This document shows positions 12,332 to 25,776 of a stretch of DNA of 64,000 nucleotides, one piece after another; position 1 is the first letter of the stretch, and the number at the start of each line of letters is the position of its first letter. The translations under genes were made by a program, and so were the position numbers. The stretch spans positions 124,001 through 188,000 of the forward strand of contig QPGO01000076.1 in NCBI GenBank assembly GCA_008632985.1. The letters run 5' to 3'. The DNA comes from Psammoneis japonica. Taxonomy: Eukaryota. The notes under the pieces were generated by a model. It ran no database searches. It was given only the letters and a program-made list of their open reading frames with translations, and was not told where the DNA came from.

Positions 12332-13018
12332 TCACGGAGCTGCGTTCTCGTATCTGTCCGAGTACCCAACCACAATTCGGTCAACACCACGAGGAACCCG
12401 ATCTGTGCAAGGTCGAACATATCTCGTCTTGTCGCCCACTTGCAAGATTTGCTCACACGTTCCACAAGATCCACTCCTGCACTTGAATGGGATTTTCGCT
12501 CCCGCATCCCACGCAACATTGCACAGGGGTGTTCCGGGCAGAGCCGCAATCGCTACACCGTTTTGTGCAAAACAAACCGCTACCAACCCGGCCGGGCGTT
12601 GAAATTCAAGCGTGATGGGTCCGTCTGTAATACCAGCCAATGTATCCATGACTTGATCAAACGTCCATTGCTCCACGCTTTGATCTTGAATCGACACGAG
12701 CACATCGCCCAAACACAAATCAATCTCTCCTCTCGCAGAGGCTTTTGCAGCGGCTCCACTCATTTCAGCCACTTGAACTCCTGCAGTCGGATCGTCCTTG
12801 TCTACTTCTATAAGAATCAAACCCATTGGCTTGTCGAGAGCTACGGTTCGAGTCGTTGTTGTCGTCGCTTGGTTCTCCGACGGTGTTGACAGGGCATTTC
12901 GACAAGAAAGCTGCAGTTTCTCAGAGACTCTGAAACTTCCCGGCAGCGGATGAATGAAAAGAAACGCGTCACTTGACGCCATTGGGAACACAATAAAGAG
13001 ATAAATTAAATGAAGCAT
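12332..13018 (-). CDS. Plastid-targeted PDZ + 2Fe-2S ferredoxin-like domain protein
   Basis: Signal + SDA-F; PDZ 'LDKPMGLIL...LCLGDVLVSI...PITLEFQR'; CRSGSCGTC...RPC cluster ligands. Confidence 0.85.
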   Translation of the reverse strand: MLHLIYLFIVFPMASSDAFLFIHPLPGSFRVSEKLQLSCRNALSTPSENQATTTTTRTVALDKPMGLILIEVDKDDPTAGVQVAEMSGAAAKASARGEIDLCLGDVLVSIQDQSVEQWTFDQVMDTLAGITDGPITLEFQRPAGLVAVCFAQNGVAIAALPGTPLCNVAWDAGAKIPFKCRSGSCGTCEQILQVGDKTRYVRPCTDRVPRGVDRIVVGYSDRYENAAP

Positions 13019-13365
13019 GGTACAGTTTTCAACGAATAGCAGGAAGGTGCAACTTTTGCTCTACTGAATATTCTAACAAAGCCAGTATACGACAGAACAT
13101 TGGCATCAACGCGTCGAAAAAAGAGAACAGAAAGATTCATATCTTACGTACATTTTGTACGGAAGTCTACGTGATCACGAAAAGGGCCGGAGACTACTCC
13201 TCAAAACGGAAAATCCAAAATTTCAAACTTGCGTAGCGCTTGTACCAGAGGCTACGGTGAGACTCTGCTGCCGACAAAGTGCGAGCACACCGCACACAAC
13301 GCCCGCCGCTTCTCAACCATCATTGAACATACAAAGGACAACAACTTCTGCTAACGACAAGAACG

Positions 13366-14484
13366 ATGCGTATGCAACTAACTCTGTCTGCCGAGAAGCT
13401 CAAGAATATGGGTGGGACCTTTCGTGACCGAGTGTCGGATCCCTATGCCGAAGTAATCATTAACGGTGGCAAGTACGAGGGCACTGTTCTGGGTCGAACC
13501 GAAACGTAAGAAGTTATACTGTATGAATTGCTGTGATTGCTATTTATGGCTTAGTCTATATCTCTCTCTTATGTTGATATATTTTCAATTTGTTTGAACT
13601 TCAGAATAAAAAACAACCTCAACCCTGTGTGGACAACAGTTCTCTTTGTAGATGTGGACGAACAGTCGAGCTACATGCCATTTCGAGTTACCATTATGGA
13701 TGACAATGACGGCAAAAGAGACGATGTCGTCATGGCAGAAGCGAACTTTGTCGACGTCTTGTCTGTGCATAGCAATGACGGACACATGGGCTCTGTGTAT
13801 CTGAGGGATGGTGGAGTGTAAGTGGTCGGCAGTCGATTTTCATTCGTGCTTTCCAACAACGTTTTACAGTTGCTCACTTTTTCTCGTTATTCTTGCTAAA
13901 GTGTTCGCGCTACCATTACAAAGAGCATAAAAGGCACCGATAAAGGTATTTTTGATTTTCAATTGCGAGGGCTTGATATCAAAAACGTTGAATTAGGCGT
14001 CTTGCAGCTTGGAGTTTCCGACCCGTACTTTGAAATCAAAAAGAAGTCGGCTGACCACGCAGCCGGTGTGGTTCAATGGTACGAAGCAACGACTCATGTC
14101 GACAATTTTCGTAAACTCGGATTGAATCTGTCTGGCTCAAAACTATCTTTCGTTGCATTCATACGTCATAGGATACCCGTTTATAGATCAGAAACAATCA
14201 TGGACAATCTTAATCCCTTCTGGGAGCCAGTGCAAAGAGGGATGGAGGCATTGTGCTTTTGCGACGCCAATTGGCCCCTCATGATTACGGTAATGGACTG
14301 GCAACGTAATGGCAAGCACCGAGAAATAGGATCTGTTGAAACTACTGTTTCGGGAATTAAGGAACGAGTGACAAAGCGAGACAATGCAAACAGGGAAAAT
14401 GCGCTGATTTTGATGAGCGATGACAAGACCAACACACGAGGGGTGTTGGTCGTGATTTCTGCAAATGTCAAAAAAGTAAAATGA
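13366..14484 (+). CDS. Double C2-domain (copine-like) protein; 4 exons
   Basis: SDPYAEV...GRTET|IKNNLNPVW and SDPYFEI...YRSETIMDNLNPFWEP; GT..AG introns at ~13506-13604, 13818-13901, ~14079-14171. Confidence 0.8.
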
Positions 14485-15339
14485 AAAATGTGAGCTGCAT
14501 CTCACGTCAGTTTATGCCGCATCTATCATAATGTTACAAAACCTGTGTCAAGCTTTTATTCGCTAGCAACGGAATCTCCATTGTGCCATTCGACTCAGCT
14601 GGCCTCAGATGTCTAGACACTTCAAAACCCACAGATTGTCTTGACTATGCTCGAGTCAAGATCGCAGTGTATCCGATTCAGTCACTGCAATGCAGAACAC
14701 AGACGCAATGTTGCGCAACTGTCCACAATGGCGGCTTTGGCCCCTCTAGAGCTTCTGGGTTGCATCTGCAAGGTGCCAGCAAGGCTCCATTAAACTGAGC
14801 ACCACACTGAGGGTGCCAGCCAGTCCATGCCTGTGAAAGCTGGCAGTGCAGTGATGCTGTCATCAGGCACATTTGCAAACTCCCTGTCATGCATGCATTG
14901 CCCACAGAAATGGAGGCAGTGGGTGTGTGGGGAAAATGTTGTGTTGCTGCACCTTCAAAGATGGCTGCAACTGCAAGCATCCAGTGAGGGAGAGCTGTTT
15001 CTTGCGCCACTTGTTGACCATCTTGCCAGTGACACATTCTCCTGGGTTTGGGGCAAAACATGGTCCAAACTGGCCAAACCTCTGGCATGAGAGTTGCAGA
15101 AGATGTGTGCACAAAAACAAGTCACAGATGCACAATGTGGCACCACTGACCATTTGTTCCATCAAAACACCAAGAGCTGCCTGAAGACCAGCATCACTGA
15201 CAGATCTGCCACAAAGGTCATGTGGGGTGCACTTCAATCTGGGTCAGCTCAGAGGTGCATGGAGGAGGCTGCCACATCTGCACCTCCAAGGATGGTCCAA
15301 TGCACAGGCAGTGCAACAACCACATTGTTGCTGACAATG

Positions 15340-16215
15340 ATGCAAGGCACATGGCTGGATGGTGGATGGCAGATGGCGGATGGTGGGTGGCAAATGACCA
15401 GTGCTGGATGACAGATGGCAGGTGGCAATTGGCAGATGGCAAGTTGCAGATGCTGGAATTTGGGTGCTGAATGGCAGATGGTGGATGGCAGACAGTGAAT
15501 GCTGGGTGCTGGACATTGTGGGTGCTTGATGGCAAATGGCAAATGGCGGATGGCAGATGGTGGAAATCAGATGGCAGATGCCGGGTGGCAGATGGTGGGT
15601 GCTTGATGGGTGCCATTGTCATTGCACGCAGTCCAACATGGGGCTGCTCTAATTTTTTGGAGTCTTTTTCAAGCAAAATCTTTTCTCCTGCTCTGCATGT
15701 GTGTGCAGCTGATGGTGGATGGCGGATGTTGGATGGCAAATGACAGATGCTGGATGCTGGATGGCAGATGTTGGATGCTGGATGGCAGATGCTGGGTGCT
15801 GGATGGCAGATGTCAGATGGCAGATGGCAAATGGCAGATGGTGGATGGCAGACAGTGGACAGTGGATGGTGGATGGCAGATGGCAGATGGCAAATGACCA
15901 GTGCTGGATGGTGGATGGCAGATGACAACTGGCAGATGGTGGGCTGTAGATGCTGGAATTTGGGTGCTGAGTGGCAGATGGTGGATGGCAAACAGTGAGT
16001 GCTGGATGCTGGATGCTGTGGGTGCTTGATGGCAAATGGCAAATGGCAGATGGTGGATGGCAGATGGTGGAAATCAGATGGCAGATGCCGGGTGGCAAAT
16101 GGTGGGTGCTTGATGGGTGCTGTTGTCATTGCGTGCAGTCCAACATGGGGCTGCTCCAATTTTTTAGAGTCTTTTTCAAGCAAAATCTTTTCTCCTGCTC
16201 TGCATGTGTGTGGAG
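15340..16215. repeat. Degenerate 7-bp (GATGGCA/GATGGTG) minisatellite organised as a ~510-bp tandem duplication
   Basis: Identical anchor 'caagcaaaatcttttctcctgctctgcatgtgtgtg' at ~15670 and ~16177; 'caaatgaccagtgctggatg' at 15391 and 15891. Confidence 0.85.
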
Positions 16216-19200
16216 CACGTCAAGCATTTTCTCATGCATTGTTTCCATTTGTGATTTCTTGTTCTTGTTTCCAAACAAACTTCCAATCAGCAATGTGCTG
16301 GACATCAAAAAATCATGTCTCTGTTGCTTGAAGACCAGTTGCTCCAGCGCAGCTTGCACAGCGGCACAATGCTGTGCACAGAAAGCACAGCAAAAAGGCC
16401 GCTGCCAACAACATGCCAGAAAACGGATTGTCCATGTGTCCAGAGGTGTGTCTTTCAGGTCAAATGTGTGCAGCATGTTGCCTGGGACTTGATGCATGTG
16501 TTCAACAACTGTGTTTGCTCATGAATTTTGTGCAGTCATTGGCTTGCACTTTGTGCCACAGTGCTCTTGAGCCATGTTTCTTGATTGGCATCCAATGAAC
16601 TCACTTCCATGGTCATGTGCAGTCAACTGTGGCAAAGGACATCTGCTTGGCCATGTCCATTCTAACAATCCAGCAATGGTCATGGACTCTTCACTTGGAA
16701 TTTCCACAACTTCAAACCACCCTGTTGCCAGATCAATCATTGTCGAACATTTCAGGACTGGGGATCTCTTCTTTCTCTTGTGATGCACCTTGTGTGGTCC
16801 AATGAGATCCACACACAGCGATTCCCACGGCGCCGTTTCTGCAAACTCAGGGGGTGATTGTCCACATTTCTTTTGTTTCTTTTTAAATTTTTGGCACGTC
16901 TCACATTTTGACACATGTTTTTGCATGTCATCATGCAGTGCAGACCACCACAAGTGTTGTGAGATTGTTTCTTCAGCCCTGTTTGTGCACTTTTTGCAAT
17001 GTCTTTGGTGCCACAATTTTTTCCTTGTGACACTTGAGCAACCAGTCTTGCTCGCCTCCCTAAAAAGTCTTTGCACAACATGTCATGTCCAACAATTTGG
17101 ACAGAATGTCTTCACCCCACTTTTGTTCAGCATCAAAAGCTTTTCATGTCAATGGAAAGACATTGTTGTGGGATTCAGGTGCAACTTTCTCAGCCAGATC
17201 TTCAATGCTGAGGTTTTCCATGTGGTTGATTTTTCCACAGCAAGTTGGCTGATTTTGTCTGCGATGATGTTCGCCTTGCCCTTGAGGCAAATCAATCCAG
17301 GACTGCATTCTTCTGTCATCAGTCACCAACACATGACTCTGTCCATTGTGAAGTTCTCATGGTTGAGATTCTTGTGATCCACACGCATTTTAATTGGTTG
17401 GCCAAACAGCACATTCTGGAATTCCTTTGGTGTTTCCACAGAGGACAGAAGTTCTTTTTTCGTTGCAGTGCAGCATGTCTGCACTCCATTTGGCTTGCAG
17501 CTGCAGAAAGCAACAGGTCAGTTGCTTTTTGTGCAATGGCTGCCCCAATTGAGAATTGCTCACATCAGCACATGTCTCAAAGGGTTTGCTGAAATTTGAG
17601 CATGGTGATGACAGATCTTTTGAAACAACTTGCTTTGTGTTTTTGAAGGCTTTTTGTTCTGTTTTGGTCCGTTGCGGCTTGACCTTGGATGAGATGAGTT
17701 TAGCCAGAGGAGCAAGAATGTGAGACTGCCAAGGCCACATGTCTTGACAGCAGCCAATCACACCAATGAAACATTGCAGTTCCTTGCAAGTTTTTGAAGT
17801 TGCGATCAAGTGGATCACTTCCACTTTCTTTGGCATCAGACCAACGCCATTGTGGGTGACATGGAAGCCCAGACAGCCCACTTTGGGTTTGATGAAGAAG
17901 GGCTTTTTGGCACTGACCTTCAGCCCGGCTTGTTCCAGGTGCACAAACACCATTTCAAGCTTTTTGAGATGGCCCTGAAAATCACCTTTTGCAAGACACA
18001 GCACATCATCAACATGAGTTCTGACAAACTCCAGACCTGTCATGAGCTCACTCACATGCTCATTCCCGCAGGTGGTCTGCAGGGGGCTCACATTTGCCCC
18101 AAGGCATGACAACAGCGCACAACCAATGTGCATGTGGAGCCAATTTGACACGACAGTGTCCCATGTTCAAATCCAGGGAAGCAGCACACATGAAACCTTT
18201 GAGTTTTTCCAGCATGTCTTGAACATTGAGCAGAGGAAATGGAGCACATGTCAACCTCTCACTCAGTTCACTGAAGTTGGACAGAAACTGAACTTGACCA
18301 TTTTGCTTTGGTCGAACAAAAGTTGGAGCTGTCCATTCAGAACAGCTCATTTTTCTTGAGACTTTCAACTTGCGCAGTCTTTCCCCTTCCTTTCAAGCAG
18401 TCACCTCCAAGGCTTGTGCGAACTTGTGGGTCAGGGTTTCCCATTTCACTTGCCTGGAGAACCATCAAAAAGGTTTTCAAATCTTTTTGGGAGGAAGTTC
18501 AGCTGCTTCTGCTCCTCTGGAGTAAGATGAGTTGCTGCTGCAGCTGCAGCATCAAGGTTGGCTGCATGATGATCTGAGTCAAGGATCCAACTGACTCTGT
18601 CATCAAGACCAATCATGGCATGAGATTCCCCAATGTGACCGGCAATTAACTTGAACACATCAGCGCCAAAGAGTGAGTCAACATTCTGCGTTGGTGTGGT
18701 TGCTTCTCCCCATTTGATTTCTTCATTTGCACAGTCCATGAATGACTTGAAGAAGAAGGGTTTTCATCAACATGTGCCGTTGTTTCTGTCATCTTGTGCC
18801 CATCAAATTCAGGCAAAGAGAGCGGCATTGAACAGCAACTGTCAGTCGTGAAGACAGCCCACCCTTGGTTTCCCAAGTTTTGGTGGTGAATTTCTTCATT
18901 CTCAATTTCTGCGTGAATTTGTGCAAAATTGTGGTTGACAATGTTCCGCTGTCAAGGAGAACATGCAGAGGCTTGTTCTTTGCTTTGCCTGAGCAATGAT
19001 TGCTGGACTGGCATGAATTGCTTTGGCCCTTTTTCTGGGCTTCCTGACATCTAGCAGCACATGAGACACCTCGAGCGATGCTGGCCATTCTTCAGAATTG
19101 CTGCATGTCATTTTTTCAAATTGACAATTCTCCTTGCTGAGGGTGTCAGAACTGCACTCTTTGCACTTTGTGTTGTTGTTCAAAGAACTCACCTTGAGTG

Positions 19201-20280
19201 TTTTTTTGAACTGCCTGGACCGCCATGGCATTCAGCTCTTCTTTGCAAGCAGCATTTTCATTGTTGCAACGCAACCACATGCAACTGCCATTTGAACAAC
19301 ACCTTTTTGGATCACATTTGCAGCTTCCATGGTGTTGTTCTTTTGCTGGTCGTTCAATCACCCAGCACTTGTCTGTGCATGGTCAGCAGATTTCTTGCAA
19401 CAGCTGCGTGCCACTTGATGGACTCAGATCATTTGGCACCAGATTGGCAGCCATTTTTGGAGCCAGGATTGGACCCATCTTTGGCTTTTGATCCAGGCTT
19501 GTTCCTGGTGTCAGCTTTGACATGGGCAGCATCAAAGACCTCCTCAGCAACCTCCAAAAGCTCTAAAAACTGGACCACCTTGTTTGGCGCATGTTTCAAA
19601 ATCTTGAAACCTTGGGCTGTCAACTGGCGCTGCCATTTGCAAGGTGCAAGATTGCAGAGGATGTCATTGAGCTCATCCTCCTTGATCTTCTGACCTTCTT
19701 CAAAGGGAGGACAAAGCTTGAGGTCTTTGTTGACTTCTTGCACCCAAGCAGCAATTTCTCGAATCTCTTCCTCATGCTCTCTGGCTTTTTGAGATTGTGC
19801 CGCAGATGACGCTTCTGAATCTGAAGTGTGCTCTTTGGGAAAACATGCCTGGTGAGGTGCTGTTGACATTTTTCAAGGTTCCTTTGCTCTTTTTGTTTTC
19901 AACATTCACAGCCCCATTCTCAAAAGCATGCAGAGCGTCTCCCTGTGAAGCGACATGCACACAAGACGGAACTCACCCAGTTGCTTCTTGACACTCTGAC
20001 CCACCAAGAGTTGCTTGCAGTTCTTTGAGAATTTGGTGCATTTGGGGATGCATTGCTTCTTGCAGTGCTCAACACTGATGGTGCAAGCGCGGCTGTTCTT
20101 CTTTCTTGGGTGAAAACACTGCTCCATCTTGAGGCACTGACTGGCTTTGAGCATCTTTGGTTCGGAGATTGATTCTTCCAATGGCTGTGGCACAATTTTC
20201 TCTTGCTTGAAGGAAAACTTGGCATCAGCAACATGAGGTGATGAAAGCTTCATTTTTGTCTTGGCACCTTCTGCGGTGTG
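16210..20280 (-). mobile_element. Heavily degenerated Ty3/Gypsy LTR retrotransposon body (gag-PR-RT-RH-INT); LTRs not identified
   Basis: PR 'VLLDSGT'; RT 'LDLNMGHC', 'PWGKCE', 'RTHVDDVLC'; RH-like 'FETCADVSNSQLG'; INT 'PWESLCVDLIGP', 'MIDLATGWFE', 'HDHGSEF'; Gypsy domain order; many stops and frameshifts. Confidence 0.92.
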
Positions 20281-20831
20281 CACACACGGCGCACTGTGCT
20301 CGAAGAGTGGGTGTGCAAACGAAAGCAGAGCGAAGCACGAAAAGTGAAAATTGTGAGGCTCAGAGCATTGAAAAGGCCATCAGCAGCAGGCACTTTCTGT
20401 TAAAAAAAAAAAACAAGCACTCACAAGAATCGCACGACTTTGCGCATGCACTTTACCTTCGACTTCCAATGTTGTTGCAGATGTTCAAAACACCCCACAC
20501 CCTTTGTTTGCTTGTCTTTATCACCCACGACTAACTCGAGACCCCGGCGTCTGTGCTGGACAACCACTATGACTCTCTACTAGCTAAATATATAATATGT
20601 TCATCCACAAGCCTTGGAAAAGCATTCCGAAATCTGAAAATGTCTGCTCTTGTTGCTCATAAATTCATACCTTCCCATGACATATCTGGGGCAAGAGTTT
20701 TTGTCCATTTTGCGTACATCACTTGCGAATTGGCTTACTCCGATGGTCATAGTCATTCAATGACATAAATCCCTCCACTCGCTGGTGAGTTCAGTCACAA
20801 TTTATTTCATCACGACAACACACAATGAACT

Positions 20832-22294
20832 ATGACACGGCGGAGCTTAGCCGCTATTGCAGCTCTCATTCTCGCTGCCGCATCTAGCGTTTGCAGTGAG
20901 CATGAAATGGTATCACGACGAGATCGGGTAGTCATCAAGAAAATCTATGAAAAAGAGCTTCTTCCGAATGGCTCTTACTCCTACAACTTATCCTACTATC
21001 CGATTGACATCCCCGCTTCGGAAATAAGCTCTTATCCCGTCGATACATGCGGAAGAAAGGATCCCTTTACTGCTTTTGTTCTTGTTGAGCATACGCTTAA
21101 TGACACTGAAAACATCACCAGGCAGACGAGATTGTTGATGCAGGATGCCTTTAAAGAAACGTACAACTCAATCAACATGCCCAAGCCGCCATACAGTAAT
21201 ATTTGCGACGAAACACATATGCGCGTCGTTGAAAGCGTTGAACTCTCAATTTCGGATGTCATATACAAGAAACTTGAGAATCAAACGGACTATATCAGGA
21301 ACTTCCTCTACAAAGTAAAGGGGCTTGGTGTGGGCATAAAAGAAGAAACAAAAATGTTTGAGCACGATCCTGAGGTCTCGAAAAATCCTTCCTACATGTT
21401 TGAACCATATGATCCAGGTGCTTGTAAATGCCCCTTCAACATAACGGAGAACCGGGGTGCAACAACTACAGAGTTTCTGACTGCATTCAGGTTGGAGGTT
21501 GAACTGATTGCAAGTCTTAGACTGATTGACAATTTCAAGAGCGTAAATCGTGTTGTTGAGTACGACGCTGTCGATTGCAAGCCGAAGGAGAACAACTTCT
21601 TTTCGGATGTGTCTGTGATATTCGACGAAGAACCAACTCCTGAGGATTTTGCGTCCCTAAAAGATACTTTCCAGAATGCCTACAATCACGTGACAGTGTA
21701 AGTTACGGTGTTAGTACGTTTGTGCCTTCTTGGTTTTTGCTTTGCCAAACCATCTCCTATACACTTCCCGCGCCCATCAGAAACTATTGTGACCCCAGAT
21801 TCCGGTTTGTGAGAGACGTTGAGATAAAGCATCCAAGACAGGACTTTCGGAGGTTCCTCATTGGCAAGAACAGGAAAAAAAGGATGAACGTAAGGGTGAG
21901 AGGAAGGTGCAGGGGCTGCCGAGGACGAGTGAGATTGTTTAACGATGCAAGCGATGTAACTCTCAAAACACGGGCATTACATGATGTCGACGACGACTAT
22001 GAAGATTTAGATGAATACGATGATGACGAAGCCTACCAAGATGGGGATAACAACGAAAGAGAGTTGGACTCCTCGAATCAGGAAAACTTTGATTGGCACC
22101 ATGTTTTCAAAGGAAAAGACGTTTGTTTCTGCGCCCTTCGCCCGAAAGGAGTTGGTACTCCGTCTGACTCGGAGTTTGAGAAGCGTTATGTTGAAGAACT
22201 TCGAACAGCGCCGGTAGTCGAAGAGTATCATATTAAGAAGCTGATTGAGCGCAAAAAGAAGAAGAAGAAACCCAACTTGCGGCGTGGACTGTGA
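20832..22294 (+). CDS. Secreted protein of unknown function with RXL-like motifs; 2 exons (intron ~21698-21780)
   Basis: Signal peptide; long ORFs 20832-21701 and 21722-22294 joined by GTAAG..CATCAG; RRFL/RAL/REL and CRGC motifs. Confidence 0.75.
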
Positions 22295-22580
22295 ACACCA
22301 AAGGTCTCGTTGGGTGGGCTTCCTCGCCGGGGGCTGCGAGTTTCAAGTCACACGCTATTGCTACTAACTAGTTAGGGCCCTAAAGCATCAAGCGAATAAA
22401 TAGAAGAAGAACCATTGAGCTCTATCTACTCTACTAGTAGGACGTACAGCTCTCAAAGCCCTACTCTACTACCGTAGGGGGCCTATCTAGTAGCTACTAC
22501 TCCCCTTTTTGGTTTTGAGTCGGTGGATTCGACCAGCTGGTTTTTATCAGGAAAAGGCGGAAAAGGCAACATAAAAGTCC

Positions 22581-23084
22581 ATGGCGGATAAAGATAGAAG
22601 AGCGATAGAGTCCCGTCATATTGTTGAAGACAATATGGGCAAAACAACTGCTGAACCCATTCTAATCATTGTGGTTGCTGTCTCATTTTGTGTGGTAGTT
22701 GTTGTGATTGGCGTGTGGCTAATTGCGAAACGACGAAATAATACGCAAAGGTTATCAATCTGTCAGAAGTGCTGCTCACGATGCTGCTCTCGGTGCTGCC
22801 GCCGCCGAGAAGAAGAAAGTGAAACCTGTGCAGACGCCAACGATTTGAAAGAGTTTTTGTTCACTGTCCGACAAGACGATGTGGTTGTGGACTCTGTGTT
22901 AGAAGAAGAAGAGCAGTCATTGTTGAGCGCTCGATTGTCATCTTTTTTCTTTGTGGATCTCCTCAAGAGTGAAAACAACCACCAAGCCAAACTGTCCATG
23001 CTGGAACCGGCAAGAAACAGCGAGGAAGATAGCTCCGAAATCAGTATTCACGACAATGGGCATTTCGAAGAACCGCTGCTTTGA
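22581..23084 (+). CDS. Single-pass membrane protein with Cys-rich juxtamembrane segment
   Basis: Hydrophobic ILIIVVAVSFCVVVVVIGVWLIA followed by KRR and CCSRCCSRCC. Confidence 0.6.
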   Translation: MADKDRRAIESRHIVEDNMGKTTAEPILIIVVAVSFCVVVVVIGVWLIAKRRNNTQRLSICQKCCSRCCSRCCRRREEESETCADANDLKEFLFTVRQDDVVVDSVLEEEEQSLLSARLSSFFFVDLLKSENNHQAKLSMLEPARNSEEDSSEISIHDNGHFEEPLL

Positions 23085-23228
23085 AACGAGAGTTCTGCAT
23101 TAAAAACGGGAGCATTCAACCTCGCTATGCAACTCTCTTCTCACGACTGATCATATTGAGAAATTCTCATAACAGTATGATGGCTTAGCGGTTATATAGC
23201 AATTACGATCACGCATCTTTCAGTACAG

Positions 23229-24229
23229 TTATTCTTCGTCACTATCACCACTACTGCTGAGAAGTCCCTTGATGAAACCTCCAATACTTCCCTCGGGTGC
23301 TTCCAAGGCATCGTCCAGCTCTTGCTGTGTGGGTTGTTTGACAAATTTGCGATCCTTAATGAATCCAGCCTCCTTCAATCTCATGGCCTGTGGGTTATTC
23401 AAGAGCGTAAATCCTTCGCCATTGGCATTCATAATGACAACCTGTCGATCAAAAGGACCAAAGCTGGCGGACTATGATATGACCAGAAGAGAAATATTTG
23501 AGTCTTCAGTATACAACCTCATACTGTACTCAACTTAGAAATTGCATATCGATAGCTTACCTGATCGTTTTGTGCAGTCTTTTGTTTCACCAGCAAATCG
23601 TTCTTTTCCTTGTTGTCTTGAGATTGTTGCTTGAGCCTCTTGATCAAGTCCGAGGAAGAATCTTCTTTTTCAATCGAAGCACGCATCTGCGCCTCTTTTT
23701 CCTTGACAATTGGAGATGGATCCTGAAAATATTTTTCCGCCTTGTCATTGTCATTATCTGCGGTGCGTACTTGTGTTTCTAAACACGCACCAAGAGGTCC
23801 ACGTTTGGTGCAAATCTATAGAGTATAGGAGCGATATATGCGAGAATAGAATAGAGGAGGAACAGCATGAACACATGATGACACACAAGAGCAAACACAC
23901 AAAAAAGTGAGGGCCTGTCTTAGTTTCATACCATGACACTTTCTCCCGTAAAGAGAGTTGGAGCTTCGGTCTCTACTCCCAATTCATCGGCACGAGCTGC
24001 GGTCGGATTCACCGAGATGGATGACAAGAAGAAAATTGCACCAGCCAATGCGACACGAGCGGCCTGCTGTGCCTGCTTCGGGAAGTCATCTTGCTGGCTT
24101 GAGCTGAAAGTCTCATAGGCGATTGTTGCAGAGTGAAAGTTGGTTTAGCTTTCTTGGTGTCGTTGACGTGGTAAAGGAGAAAACGGGCGACACCACGAAC
24201 AACGAGAGAAACACGAGTGATAGCTTCAT
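23229..24229 (-). CDS. Putative thylakoid-lumen protein; 3 exons, with an apparent frameshift in exon 1
   Basis: Signal MKLSLVFLSLFVVSPVFS-F, then a hydrophobic lumen-signal-like stretch ending ARA-DE; exons ICTKRGPLGAC...NDQ and SASFGPFDRQ...SDEE* bounded by GT..AG. Confidence 0.6.
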
Positions 24230-24529
24230 CACGGTTCTTGGTGCTTTTTATTCCAAACCCACCAACTGAAAAGCAAATACAACTGCACTACTGAATAGAC
24301 TTCTGCAACTTTAGCGTGCAGATGAGCTAGCTATCCTTCGCTACTACTGGAAGCTCAACGTCGTTGTTGGAGCGTCGGAGGGAGTTTTTCGTTTTTGATG
24401 TTGAATGTGTGACGCAGAAACTCGCGCGACATCGCGCGAGTTTCTCGAGTAAGGTTGTCATGGTGGCTGTGGATTTGAAATTTGGGGTGTGTCTCTTTTT
24501 CTGCAGCATACCAAAACAAGCCATCCACC

Positions 24530-25776
24530 ATGGCGGCGGGAGACAGCCGGAGTCGGTCTCTAAGCTTTATTGCTATTGCGTATAGTATCGCCTCTGCATT
24601 GACAAGTCATTTCATCTTCCGTTTTTTGACAGGAGCACATTTTTTATTGTACAGCCGCATTTTCCGTAACAGCAGGAATACCGAGACATGCTTCGTCTCG
24701 CAGCTTATTCGCCACGATGATGGCTGGTGATTCAGACGAAACACTACTTCCAACAGTCACGACGTGCTCCTCCCGGGCAAAGAAACTGTTTTGTGGTCAA
24801 AACGTTCTCCTGACGGGTGCATCCGGTGGTTTGGGCCGAGCACTGGCTTTGCAGTTGGCGAGTTGTGGCGCATCGACTCTGATTCTAAGCGGACGAAATG
24901 CAAAGGCGTTGAATGAAACAGCATACTGTGCCGCAATGTCAGCTCCAGAAGAAGCAGCAGCAACCCTCGCATAGATATCCATACGTTGACATGTGACTTA
25001 TCAAATGCAACTTGTGTTTCAGAACTGGCTTCTGATACACTCCACCGGGCTGGTGGGAAGATTGATATCCTCATCAACAACGCTGGTGTATCGAGTCGAT
25101 CTAGTTTCTTGGATACCAAATTCGACGTGGATGAGTTGGTGATGCGAATCAACTTTTTATCGGGTGTAAGCCTAGCCAAGGCTCTAGTGCCAGGCATGGT
25201 GAAGCGCAACACGGTGCTGTTGTTTGGATTAGTGGTATTCAGGGTCGGGTGGGGATTCCCGGACGAACCAGTAACGTTGCATCCAAATTTGCCATTCAAG
25301 GGTATTGCGAAGCGCTGCGCGGAGAGTTGGCATCCAGTGGTGTTGCTGTTCATGTCGCTTCTCCTGGATATATCCGAACGAATCTCAGCTATTCTGCTCT
25401 ATGTGGAAATGGCGAAGCTTATGGAAAGATGGACGAAACAACCGCCAAAGGTGTGTGTGTGTGTGTGTGTGTGTAGCTCGACGACGTTGCTTATCCCTGC
25501 ATATCTTCCCATTTATTTTCTGATTCCATTCCATATTGGCAATGGTTTTCTCTTGTATCATGATCAACGTCAGGCGCCAATCCAAACCAAGTGGCGGTAT
25601 CTATACTCAATGCGGTTGCATGTGGTAAGGCTGATTTTGTCGTGGCATCGACCATGTCTTCCAAGGCTGCGATTTGGTTGCGGCTCGCTGCGCCGTCGTT
25701 TCTACGGAGAATGCTGACAAGGCGATACCAAAAGATGATCAGAGACGAGAAACAAAAAGCAAAGGAAACTGGTTGA
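24530..25776 (+). CDS. Short-chain dehydrogenase/reductase (DHRS7-like); several frame disruptions (pseudogene or sequence error)
   Basis: TGASGGLG, IDILINNAG, GIPGRTSNVASKFA, VASPGYIRT spread over several frames; catalytic Tyr of YxxxK not present. Confidence 0.7.

Noticed and set aside
14678..16500. Cys/His-rich ORFs (e.g. 15218-16183) as metal-binding proteins
   Set aside because: They are translations of a stop-depleted minisatellite that is open in several frames.
14680..20400. Classical RIP or CpG deamination as the sole cause of TG/CA richness
   Set aside because: C->T processes cannot remove TpA or turn TAY into TGY/CAY. CpG decay contributes but is not sufficient.
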